NCBI RefSeq assembly: GCF_006345805.1
Contig: NW_021835992.1
Span: 124,001 to 188,000, forward strand
Length of the DNA: 64,000 nt
Direction of reading: 5' to 3'
DNA from: Octopus sinensis
Lineage: Eukaryota
The first letter of the stretch is position 1; each line of letters opens with the position of its first letter. The notes under the pieces were generated by a model, which was given only the letters and a program-made list of their open reading frames with translations, did no database searches and was not told the origin of the DNA. A program made the position numbers and the translations under genes. Positions 1 through 12,138 of the stretch are shown in pieces.

Positions 1-726
1 TTGGAGGCTCTCCTGAACCAGCACAGACTGGCTTGTTACCGTGCCAGCCGCCAACCGCATTCTGGCTCTTGGCTTAACTGCCTTCCTTCGACCCATTCGG
101 ACACCTGTCTTGACTCCGACGCCCTCCGTTTTGGCATTTGCCTCCGCCTCGGACTTCCGATCTGTAGTCCCCACCCCTGCCGGTGCGGATCTACTATGGA
201 CGTATACGGGCTCCATGCCCTCTCCTGCAAGAAAAGCGCGGGTCGTATTCCACGCCATTCGGCGATTAACAGAATCATTCTCGACTCACTCGAAAAGGCC
301 GGCTACCCTTCTGTCCTTGAGCCTAAGGGTCTCGACCGTGGTGACGGGAAAAGGCCGGACGGCTCTACGTTGTTCTCGTTTTATTCTGGGAGACCTTTGG
401 TCTGGGATTCCACTTGTGTGGATACCTTCTCAAAGTCTTTCATCAACGAATCGGCCTCTCTTGCTGGGTCTCGTGCTAATAAGGCTGAGCTTTCGAAGTG
501 CCGGAAATATCAGTCTTTGATGGATGACTTTTGGTTTTGGCCAATCGTTGTCGAGACTTCCGGCGTCTTTGGCTCCGGGACCCTCACTTCCCTAAAGAAA
601 TTGGGACATCTTTGTTCTTCGCGGTCCAAGGACCCTAGGGAATTTACTTTCCTCATTCAGAGGATCCTGCTGGCTGTCATGCGTGGCAACAGCTGTTCCC
701 TCCGTCTCGCTGGGAGAATTTATTAG
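1..726 (+). mobile_element. 3' end of CRE-clade non-LTR retrotransposon (zinc knuckle plus restriction-like endonuclease)
   Basis: ORF carries CRCG..HALSC knuckle, RHSAIN, KRPDG, WDSTC, K..KY and PIVVETSGVFG motifs typical of CRE-type RLE C-termini; continues beyond the window start. Confidence 0.82.
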
Positions 727-927
727 TTTGTTGACTTTACTTAGTCAGAATTAATCTAATCTATTAAAGGCGATTGTCATCTAACTTTTAATTCACGCTT
801 TAATGATTAACATAAAATGATTGTGTATAAATAATCTTAAAAACTTTTAGTTTTAAATTGCTATTTTAAATTTGCACGTTTACTTTCTCGTTGGCTGTTT
901 GTTTTGTAGTATTTAATTGTAGACGAA

Positions 928-1602
928 ATGCTAAGATTACAACGAAGATTGGCAGCCGACATACTTAAATGTGGGAAAAAACGTGTTTGGTTGGATTCAA
1001 ACGAGACACAGCACATATCTAGTGCCAACTCAAGTATATCTCTAAAATATATCCCACTAGGACAAAGTGTTCGAAAAATGATAAAAAACGGAATAATTTT
1101 CCGCAAGCCCGTAAAAGTTCAATCACGTGCCCGAATACGTATAAAACTGGAGGCCAGAAGGAAGGGTCGCCACACTGGAATTGGGAAGAGGAGAGGCACT
1201 GCAAACGCTCGAATGCCTCAGAAACGTCTGTGGATTAACAGAATTCGGATTCAACGTCGTCTTCTGAAAAGCTACAGGGAAAGTGGGAAAATCGACCGTC
1301 ACACGTATTGCCAATTATTTGAATGTCCAGATATCATCGAATATATCTGAAATGTAAGGGAAATACATTTAAGAGTAAGAGGACGCTCATGGAATATATT
1401 CATAAGAATCAGTCAGAACAAAAGAGACTCAAAGAAATGAGGTGGACAGTTGTTATTTATTGGTAGTGATTTGGCTGATGCAAAGAGGAAGAATGTGAAG
1501 GATAAGAGGCTGAGGATGCAGACTAAGAAAATGGAGGAGTCAGGAAAATTGAAGGCTCAAGATGTCCAAATGGATGTGGATGTTCCTGCCCTTATTAGAT
1601 AA
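928..1602 (+). CDS. RPL19: 60S ribosomal protein L19 (eL19), 4 coding exons
   Basis: [23 protein letters not shown]...[21 protein letters not shown]. Removing GT-AG introns 1034-1060 (27 nt), 1305-1330 (26 nt) and 1442-1466 (25 nt) gives a continuous eL19 frame ending at TAA 1600-1602. Confidence 0.97.
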
Positions 1603-2247
1603 TTATTTTTACTGGTCTTTAATTTTTTCATTGCTTTTATTTTGGTGATTTAAGCATATGATGTGAAATATTGAGTTTTACTGAAAGGTTATTTTAAAAT
1701 TATGAGTTAGTAAATTTTAAATTGAGTTGCTGAACTATTGTCTATTATCCGCATAGAGTACGAGCCAAGGACTATTTGTGTAAAATATTTTCCGAATAAA
1801 TACAATTGCGACTTCAACCATTGAATATTTCAAAAATGAGTCGATAACAACTAAAATTTAATAATTCAAATTTTTCTATATGACAACTTGGATGCATAGA
1901 CCTTTGAGTTTATTGATTAAATAAAAAATCTACTGGTTAATAACAACATATTTCCTGTCTAAAGTTAAAAAATAATATTTTACTGTTGAATTTAGAGGGA
2001 ACTAAAACTGTGTTCCGTGATTAAAGGAAATTAACTGTTCAAATTTAGTTGTATAATTTTTTAACCAAATAAGGAAAAACTAAAAATCCATTTATTGAAT
2101 TAAACACAAGAAGAAACTATGAACAAAGTTTATTTTTTATGAATGTCATCAAAATCAGTTTAACGTTAATTATGAACATTTTAAATATTGCCATAAATAG
2201 AGAAAAACCAATCATAAAAGTAGAAATTAGATCGCAAATAGATTGAA

Positions 2248-4159
2248 ATGGTGTTAATATTATTTATATTATCTGCTCAAATAATACCAGAATGTCTTCC
2301 TCCAACAATGGACATGTCGGACTCAACTTACTTTCTGAATTATTTAAACTACACCATACAATGTCCCATAGAAGGTATACCAGATCATGAATATAAGTAA
2401 ATGATAATTAAATAATATATTTATAGATGGAGTAAAGATGGGATTCCCATTGACTTTACGCAAGATTTACCGTATTATAGAGATGGCAGAAATCTCAGAT
2501 TCAACCAGGACTACAACATATCAGGAATATTTAGTTGTACTGTTGAAAACCAATGTGGTCGAGAGACATCTCTCCCATTTGAAGTTGAGGCATTAAATAA
2601 ATATACTGGTATTTCGAAATTGTGAATAATTCTAGTTTTTAACGAATATCCTCTTTCCTATGCAGTTTTAAAAAGTAAGGGCGTTAGTACTGACTGCACC
2701 TGGTATAGCCGTTGCCCAGCTGATGGATTCAAACAAATTATTAAGTTCAATTCAAGCAATGACAGAATACAAACGGAAAATAACAATCTCTACATTAAAT
2801 ATTTTATCAAGGAGGATTCATTTTGTCAGTTCATATGTGAAGGCAAATATGAAGAAAAAATTTTTCAGTTTAATAAAGTTGAGCCCATGAATAAAAAAAT
2901 CGCACCCGTGGCAGGACACATATTTCCAAGAGGAAACCATGTACTCATCAATTTTAATACAGCTGGACAAATTAATCCATGTATATTTTTTGGAGAGTTT
3001 GTCAAATAATATTAATTTTAGAATATATGACTCGATTTCGTATTACGAGGGGAAAACGTTAATAGGAACTGATGGACTATTGGTGGGTCTAACTGCGATA
3101 TATCCAACCCGGGAACTAATTTGCATTCCTTCGTATAAGAATTATAAATATTTGCATCTTGAAAGAAAATTTAAACTTTCTTTTTACGGTAATATATTTT
3201 TTTAATGTTAGAACCCCCTTCTATTTCCCATGATTTTGCCTCAATGAATAAAACAAAAGGGGATAATGCGACGTTTAGGTGTACCTGGGTAGAAGGATAT
3301 CCTGAACCACAAATTAAGTGGTATTTGGATTCAGTAGAATACGGTACTATTTGACTGCCAATTCGATTTAGGAACACATCCAATTGATTTTGAGTCATTT
3401 TTATCGGAGGATAATACAACGTTAACAATTATAAATGCAACTCAGTCATTGAGCATTCGTTGTCTTGTTTACAACGAATTTGCAAGAACTGCTAAAACGG
3501 TTTTCCTCAGAATCACAGAAATGCCAATTATATTCCTACCTTACTATAATCGAATTGAAAAGATTGGAAGAAATCATTATAGAATTACATGTGGTGGAAA
3601 AGTCGATTCAATCAGAAAAATGAATTTCAAATGGTTGTTTAATGGACTAAATACCACAAAAAATGATCCCTCCTATAATATACAATCCAAAGGAAATATA
3701 AGCAATTTTTTATTTCATTTGAAATCCAACAATGTTCCAGAAAATGATCCTCCAGCAATGAATCTCACCTGCATTTTATCTGATGGATTTTTAGAAGATT
3801 TCTATACAATCAAAGTTTTTTTGCACTTTGGTGATTTTTTTAATGTATATGAATTTAGAGGAAAAAAAATCTATTTCTCTCGTATACATTCTGCTGATTT
3901 TGTTTTCGATAATTATTTTTGTTGGAATTTCATTGTTCGAAATATTTGTATACCGTCGAAAAATTAAAGGTTTTATTTTATAAATATATAATTTTAGATG
4001 AAAATCTCACGTATAGTTTAATGTATTTTTATTTTCAGGTCTTCGGGGATTTTTAATCGTGAGACCCACAAGAAGTTGAAAGGATATTGTACTATTAAAT
4101 CAGAACACACGAATGCAATGGCTCCACAAACATTACAAGAGATCTATACTTATTACTAA
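2248..4159 (+). CDS. Multi-Ig-domain type-I membrane protein (IgSF adhesion/receptor-like)
   Basis: Manual splicing gives signal-like MVLILFILSAQ, an I-set Ig (IQCPIEGIP..YKWSKDG..GIFSCTVENQCG), further Ig-like C..W..C units (FRCTWVEGYPEPQIKWYLD; ITCGG..FKWLFNG..LTCIL), a TM segment (LVYILLILFSIIIFVGISLFEIFVY-RRKIK) and a short tail; introns about 23-30 nt. Confidence 0.75.
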
Positions 4160-4479
4160 ATATATAATTTAGATTAGTTTTTTAATAAATATGGATTTGT
4201 TCAAATCATGCCTTAATTCAGGAATTTAAAAAAGGAAATTTTAGCGTATTAATATTAAATTCATAGTTTTCATTAAATTATTGACGTGAACTCGACAAAT
4301 TGTCTGACTACAAAGTGCATAGCACTTAAAGTTAGTACAAAAAGACAAAAACCTACGACTCTACTAAAAAGCCAATTAAACTAGATAAACCTTTGGAGAG
4401 CAAAAAAAGAAAGGTGTAACCTAGTTTTAAACAATTAACATGCTCCGCTTTCGATAAAAGCAAAAAGTTCAATCTCCAT

Positions 4480-4900
4480 TCTAAAGCAAAAAATGTTTCG
4501 AGGCGTCGGATAACATTACAAAATCAGGATTCCTTAGCCTTGAATCAAGAAAAACAGTTGCTCGGAATATGTCATTAGTTGCTCGGAAGATGTCAGCCTT
4601 AATCTTAAATGGGATCCCTCAATGGATTTCTAGCCAAGTAAACTTTCACCTGAATAAAACATTCGTCAAACTCCTGCGGTCCGGTGCTCTTGATGTTACA
4701 AATTTGGACATACGTCGAATATAGAAAAGACCTGCTGCCTACTCTGCGGAGAACAACACGATCATAGAAGCTGTTTTTCGGAACAAACAGAATACTTAAA
4801 AATCTTTCGAACGGATTCTAATCAACTGTAGTCACCCCAGTTACCTGGAATGCTACGTTGGATGCCCTATAGTGATGGTAAAGAGCAGGAATCAATTTAA
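4480..4900 (+). mobile_element. Degenerate copy of the gag-like ORF1 seen at 18463-19467
   Basis: Fragments such as SALILNGIPQWIS and HLECYVGCP mirror VLVLKGIPHWIS and HLACYGGCP; many indels. Confidence 0.5.
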
Positions 4901-7900
4901 TTGCTTTCAATGAGTTCAAGCTTAAAGAAAACCAGTCGTTCAATTTTCTATGATACCGCTCCTTGGTATAAACCGAGGATGGATGATAAAATCCCCGAAG
5001 ATAGAAAAATCATTTCAATTCATTTTGGATTCAAAATCTAGAAAATTAAATAAAAGGCGTGGATTTACTTAGCGACTCTCAATTTCATAGTGAGATCTAT
5101 GCAAGGATTTAACTTACTCCATTACAAATTAAATTCAAAATCATATCATACTACAAAAGAAAATGAAAATTAGTACTAATAGTGTTTGTAGTTGATTCCT
5201 GTCATTATTTATGACCATATAAAGAAAAAAAAGTGGCGGCAATAGTTCGTATTATAAAGGGTTCCCATTTACTTAAGAAATTTTTCCTTATCATAAAGAT
5301 GACAGAAAATTTATATTATACAAGAATTACAACGTTTCATATTTGGCAGGAGGTTAATACCTAATTCTCATTCTTTATATTTCTTTCCACAAAAAGTTTG
5401 ATAGCCTAGATAACAATTATGTGCAAGAAGATTGTTTTCGAATATCATCAATAAAGCAAGTTTTTTAAGAAATCTTTTTGCATAAGTCGGAAAAAATTTC
5501 AGATCGCGTTCTAGGAAGGTTGGAATAGATTTTTGAAACGATTTTAAAACGAGAAAATCAACGTTTGATTTAATTTTATCAACTTTTAGGTTATTTCGTA
5601 ATTTCAAGTCAAAAGGTAAAATTATAAATTCCACTACACAAAGCATTAGCCCTTTTAGGAATATTAAAACTAAGAGTTTGAACAAATAATTGACATTTAT
5701 TTGCTGACTAATGAATCTAAATAAAAAATGAGAAGGCGAATCTTAGTGCTCAGTATATATCTTTGGGAAATTATGTATTTTTGAATACTGCATGTAACAC
5801 TAATTCGAGATAAAATTAGTTAATTATTGATATTTAATTAGGCACAGTGCTTTCTGCATATCATATTTCTCGATAAGGGATTCTGACAGAGGTTGCAATC
5901 TAATGTAAATAAACAAACCCACCATATGCTTTCTCGGTTATTAGTGTTGCCTCGCTGATTGGATATGCATTTATTTTCACACTTTTGTCAGCTAATAAAT
6001 TGGCAGAGGTAAAACAAATTCGTAATTCTTATAAGAGAACATCTAAGTATACATGGTAGTTTGGGACCCATTGGAGAATATTTTTGGTCTCCGTCAACAC
6101 TACACAGTGAGTAATCTAAAATACTAAATGTTTAGCGTACCACTAATTTTGCTGGACTGCACAATAGTACTCGGTGGGAAAAAACGCCTCTTTGAATGTA
6201 ACTTTTATTCCATGTCTCGCAACATGTTCTCCATTGAATTGACAGTTGTTCAAAAACCTAATTTGAGATAAGCAATTCAAAAACACTTTTGCAAAGTCAG
6301 TTATTAAACTTATTTTCTGAGGGATAATGCCAACAATATTTTTTAATCCGGGTGGTACAAAAATGCACTTCTTAAGCATTTCAGAGCAATGACTGGAATA
6401 TAGAAATAATCAACTATTTTAGTTTTATCATTTTCAATTGTATACCCCGAAAGTGCAGTAAATGTTATTAATAATAATGCGTTCAAAAATAGTGAAGCGT
6501 TGAGGTCTACTCCATTAATCACCACCCAAATAGAGACACACCAACATGACTCTACCAATCCGTTCCATTCAAAAATGTGGCTAATATTCCCACGAAGGGT
6601 GCGAAAATGAGCAATGGAATAAAGATGCTAGTCCACCTAGGAGTAATTTTAGTGTCTTTACAATAGACCGAAATTGTCCCGACTTGATTGAAGACTTGGG
6701 TAGAGTCCAAACAAGGCAATGTATTAAATAAATATTAGAATGAATGGGTTGTTTGATCAGTTGACAGGACATTACCCTTGACTAGGCAGACTCGCTTGAA
6801 CAGATATTAGAAACCGCCGACAAAAAGATTGATTTTTTAGAGTTATTATCAATTTATTTGGATTTCATGTCAAATCTTTATATAAATATTAAATTTATAT
6901 AAAATATAATTATGTTTGATTCCTTGTGGTCTTGTATTGAAAATAATTGGATAACTTAATTTCACTGCAAACTATAAGCCAAGATGAATGGAACATGCTC
7001 ATACAGTATGATTATATAGTGGAATAGAAAGAGTTACACATACATGATTCCTCCTATCCATTTGGAGTGACCAACACCCTCCGTAATTTCATAGAACGAA
7101 TAGTCATCGCCTGAGTAATCCTCACACTAACCAACCAAGGAAATCGAGAACCAGGAGGATTGTCTTCTGGAGACATATTCTCGAACATTCCACAAATTTA
7201 TACTATTTTCCCGCCAATTGTGTGATATATTTTGTGTGCACGTGGCCCACATCAATCGAGTGTTCAACCACGTGACATACCACGAACATGCCCTCGACCG
7301 AGGGTGACTAATCACTCCTCACTTGGAAGACATCGACCAAATGGGACACCAACTCACCTCGAAGCACTCTCCACACTCGAACAGTTCGACAGTCCACTCA
7401 ATCTTCCAGGAGCTTCGAAAGGGAGGGAGAAGACAGCCCCATTGTCCCTTGTGGCAGTGGACTGTCCATTCAGTTAATAGGAGGAATGGCTGTCCAGTAC
7501 GACTGTGCTCTTCGCCTGCTGGAAATGTGAAATCTCCGCAAACCCAAAGCACGTGGAGTTGAATTCATTCGTGAAGGTCAGCACAGTTATCGAGGTTGGT
7601 CATTGACTAATCCAGACATACCAACACGTGGACAAACTGACCCACTTCTGGGAGGGGTTGGCACACCGATTTGTGGACATGCATTCTGCCTGTGAATAAG
7701 GTTGGTGGAGTGGGATATTGACAGATTCGAGAACTGTTGGCCATAAATGACAAAATGTTCCACACTCTAATATACGAGTAGTGTCCTCCTACTTGTACAA
7801 TGAGTTGTTCTACAAACACAAAAACTACTTTGAAAAGTATTTTATGGATCATTTGAATTCGATGGACTACCCACGTGTGTGATGATTATTACGTAATAGG

Positions 7901-8749
7901 GGCATTGGATGTGCTGCAGTTGTTTGAACAGAGTGGACTGTCGGACTTGGCCAGTCTGGTGAGGAAACAACTCAGTCAGTCACTCCTCATCCCCGAGGAC
8001 ACTCAGCCATCGGAGGTTGTGTGAATCAGTAGACAGTTTGTGAGTGTGATTGAGCATATCACACTTCACTCAGGTTGTTAAGGAGTTGAATGGGTGTTCT
8101 CCACTGAGAATGCAGAGTATTGTGGATGGGGAGACGTGCAATCCCTTCGAATCAGTATCCCCTCTGTGTGTTTAGATATCCCTCCACACTGCCCTCAGTG
8201 GACATGTCCCCCTGTCCCTTTCAGTGATGTCACACTTGTCCTCATTTGTTCTATTCGAGCACATGAAGCATTTCTCCACGTATTTTCTCTTCATCATTTA
8301 GAAATACAAATCAAATTTTATTAAACGACTTGATTTTTATGGATATGAATTCCACAATAATTTAGAACGTGATACCATTTCTCTAATTGAGGTAATTAAT
8401 AAAATATTCAAAATTAGAGTTCTTGTGGGGCATCATCTGTGTCCTCTATTAAAGAGATATTCAAATGCTTAGACACATCCTTTTCTCAGAAATTCAACTC
8501 TTGGTTAAACGTGGACACTTGTCCGTTTATTCCGTATGTCATTTCGGTTGTTGACTGTTCATAATTATAGCGCGGGAATTGGACAAACACCGACCAAGTG
8601 TCAGTAAGCATGTCCAATTTACCCGAGCCACTTTTATTTTACACTAAATCAGTATTAAATATAGTTCATTGATTTTTATTTAAATGAATATAAAACTCGG
8701 GAAATTGAATTTGTTTTAGATTATGGATATATAGAATTGGAGATATCAA

Positions 8750-9281
8750 ATGAGGAATAGAAGTGACAGTGGTGGTGAATCCCACCCAGGCAGCCCTCCT
8801 GATGAGAATGTCTGTGATTGGTTAATATTCCAGGGGAGACTCAATGTCCGACCTATCTGCCCTGATTGGACTGGATGCCACCACACTCCCCCACTTTTAC
8901 ACCCCGATGGTGGTGGCCGGTATTCTGGTAGGTCATTGAGGTGATTGTGGTAGACTGTGGAGGGGTCGACTATAAGGGAGGGGGGAATGAAGTGATTGAC
9001 TGTCGGCCAGTGTGTGATGACCAATGGGGGAGTGTGGAAAGGGAGGATGACCGTGATGGGAGGATGTGGGTGTTATCGTCAGTGATGAGTCGTATTATCA
9101 AGCGGAATGTGTTACCGACAGCTCACTCTGAGTTGTTAGAGGGGGTGATGGTGTGTGTAATGTGTAGATTGGTGATATGCAGTCTGTGAGTAGTGAGGAG
9201 GTTAAGGATGCTCTCGAAATGCTCATCAACAGGGATATAATCAGTCGACATTCCAATGATTGCTATGTGTTCAATCCTTAA
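8750..9281 (+). CDS. Small spliced ORF ending in a cullin/APC2-like C-terminal winged-helix
   Basis: After removing three 23-26 nt GT-AG introns the frame ends SSVMSRIIKR..HSELLEG..EVKDALEMLINRDIISR..YVF*, resembling the cullin neddylation-domain pattern; no upstream cullin repeats seen. Confidence 0.4.
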
Positions 9282-9533
9282 TACTTTATTCATTCAATTA
9301 ACTGTGCAAACCAGCAGTCTTAGCAGGCATTGTGAATAACAACCGGGTGTATTCCTTTATTAAGAGTCCTCAGTTTAAAAAGATTAGTGCAAGGGGTTTG
9401 TTTGCAGCATTTTTGTTGTTCTACTTTGTCTTTATCCAATTTACCACCAAACACTGTTTTTTGGCACCTTGAGAGACTTGGCTGTATTTACTACTCTCCC
9501 CTCTAATGCTGGTTTAAATATACAATGAATATA

Positions 9534-12076
9534 TTATTATTATTAGCACTGTCATAGGAACATAATGTAATTTAAACTAATTAAGTTCCCACATGTGCCA
9601 CATATGAGACTATCTTTTCGGTCATAATTTTCCATGATGTGCGGTTGTATGCTATACTCCTGAGAGTATCTAGGTCGTCTCCATTTTTCAGTTGTCTTTT
9701 AACGCGTTGTAGTTCTTTTGAGATTACAATAGGTAATGTATTTCGTGGGCGTCCTCGGGACGCAGATCTTTCGTCCTTTGCGTAATATGATTCCATTGCC
9801 CAGTTAGCATAGACATCCTGGTCGAGTCTTAGAATGTGGCCCAATAGGCGCCAACGTGCTTCGGTAATGTCCACACTGACGGGTCTGCTGTTGCAGATAT
9901 TGTATAGGGTGGAGTTCTTGATTTTCTTTGGCCAGTTGATGCCAATAAGAATTCTTAACTGTCTTCTATGGAATGCATCAAGAGATTTTGATTCAGACTC
10001 AGATATTCCCCATGTTCCTCCGTTGTACAAAAGTATGGGTTTAATAAAAGCATTGTATAATTTGGCACGTAAGGCCGTTCCAACCTCGCGGTTTCGTAGC
10101 CAAGTGGTCCGCAGTTTGTTAAGTGCAACAGTCGATAGCATCTTTCTCCTCATAATGTCTTCACTATCTCCTAAAAGAGTTCCAACTTTTTTCGAGTTTC
10201 GCCATTTTTCGTCTGTTCTATTTGCCTCCCGGTTGATTGTTACATATTCGGTTTTTTCTATGTTCACTTTAAGAACCATTTTTCCAGTGCATGAGGAGCA
10301 ATGTTCAGCAGTTCTTCGAGTGTCGACTTATCATGAGACAAAAAGTCTACATCGTCGGCATATATCACTTCAGTTATTGAAGTAGTCTTCACTAGTTTTC
10401 TCAGATCTCTTAGTGCCGCTTCAAGATAGACAATGAATAGTACAGGTGATATTGAATCACCTTGGGGCGTTCCAATGCTTGTTTTGAAAGATCTTGATTG
10501 TACGGGTCCGATCTTCACCGTTAACTCGGTGTCTATAAGTAGTGCTCGAACCATTCTGATCGAGTCATTGTCAAGAATGGTTTTGAGGATCTCCATTAGC
10601 TTGTCTCTGCGGATTGTATCAAATGCCCTGCTCATATCAATGCCCAATATTGTGGTCGCCATTTTAAATTTCTGAGATATGGCACAGATCCATCTATGTC
10701 CCCATACTACATCTGCAGTTGATCGCCCAGGCCTGAATCCACTTTGGCTAGCCGACAGATATTCATTAACAGGGTCCTTAATACGTTCCAGTGTTACGAG
10801 TGAGAAGATTTTCCTTATTGTGTTCAAGAGTATGATTGGGCGAATGTTGTTAAGAGGACCTTGCGGCTTGTTGGGTTTTTGGAGAGGAATTAGCGTTCCT
10901 TTCCCAATAGGCGGTATGGTATTTCCATGGAACATCTCGTTCAGGAGATTTGTGATTATAGTTGAGATCTCCATTGGGGAGTACTTTATCAATTCACCGT
11001 TGATGTTGTCTGGACCCGCCGCACGGTTGTTTTTTAATTTTTTTATAGCCTTCAAAACTTCAAGGTGTGTTATTTTGTTGTTTAGATAACGTTCTTCACC
11101 CTCATCGAGAGCATCGGCCCTGCCATTGAATAGTATTTCGAAGTGGTCGGCGATTGTATTTACCATTTCGATTGGGTTTCCAATTGTTTTCCCATGTTCA
11201 TCGTGCACAACCAGTTTTGTTTTCTGTTGTCGTCGGCGTAGTAGTCTGATGGCTGCGTACATTTGCGCACCATCCTTTAAGTCTTCAACTTCTGATATTC
11301 GAGAGTTTAATAAAGCTTTCACGTATTTAAGATTTTCCTTCTTGATTGTTCTCGATATTTTCCTACGTTCTCTTTTGAGTTTTTCCTTTGCCTCCTTGTC
11401 GTTGGTGTTTTCAATTTTCAGTTGGATGGCTTTTTGTTTTGTTGCCATTTCGGCAACATTTGGATTCAATGGGTTTGAGTGGTTTCTGAATGCAGTCGTT
11501 CCAATGGTTTCCGTTGCAGCTTTGTGAATAAGTTTTTCTAATATATCCCAGCTTTTGTTTGGGTCTTTTACCGTTTCTGTTACTTTTAGGTTTTCGATGA
11601 TTGCCTGGGAGTATTTTTCCTTGGTAACATCTGATGTAATCAGTTTTTCCACTGAGTATCTAATTCGGTTTGATTCATTTTCTTTTGAAAGAGGCGATCC
11701 AAAAATTCTTTTCAGTCTCAATCGTGCCACAATGACTTTGTGATCGCTCAGTGTAAGTGCCCCGCCATATGACCTGGCATCCAGCAATCGATGTTTTTCT
11801 TCTTGTCTACAGATGATATAATCGATTGATTATAGATGTTGACGTACTCCCCATTTTTGTTTCTTCTAGTCCCGGTCCACGTGGTTTTATGACGTGCCGC
11901 ATGAGGAAAGACCGTATTGCATAGCAGTAGCTTGAATATGCTGCAGAAGTTCACAAGCATTTCACCTGGTGCATTTCTTATCCCCCGTCCATGTCTGCCC
12001 ATGAACACTTCTTCACCACGGCCTTTGCCTGCCTTAGCATTCCAATCACCGGCAATTAGTATAAGGAAGGATGTTT
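9534..12076 (-). mobile_element. 5'-truncated RTE-clade LINE (APE C-terminus plus RT), two frameshifts
   Basis: QIDYII/SDH APE motifs; RT with QSGFRPGRST, GTPQGDSISP, YADD; RTE C-terminus RWRLLGHILR..GRPR; (TAA)n tail at about 9534-9545; candidate 8-bp TSD TGAATATA (9526-9533 / 12077-12084). Confidence 0.9.
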
Positions 12077-12138
12077 TGAATATAAAAATTATTAATTAAA
12101 ATTATTTATTAAATTTATTAATATTAAATAACACTTTT

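Noticed and set aside
5700-6800. Possible membrane-protein exons
   Set aside because: No consistent spliced frame or family motif could be established by eye
7000-8300. Coding-like GC-richer block on the minus strand
   Set aside because: Stops in all frames even with plausible micro-introns and no recognisable motif, so no product is called
8560-8625. Short imperfect inverted repeat (CGGGAATTGGACA / TGTCCAATTTACCCG)
   Set aside because: Probably a MITE remnant; no TSD or second copy seen to support a call
9834-11743. Long antisense ORFs in the track (for example 9834-10385, 10679-11089, 43466-43891, 62226-62816)
   Set aside because: Shadows of opposite-strand retroelement ORFs with no independent motifs
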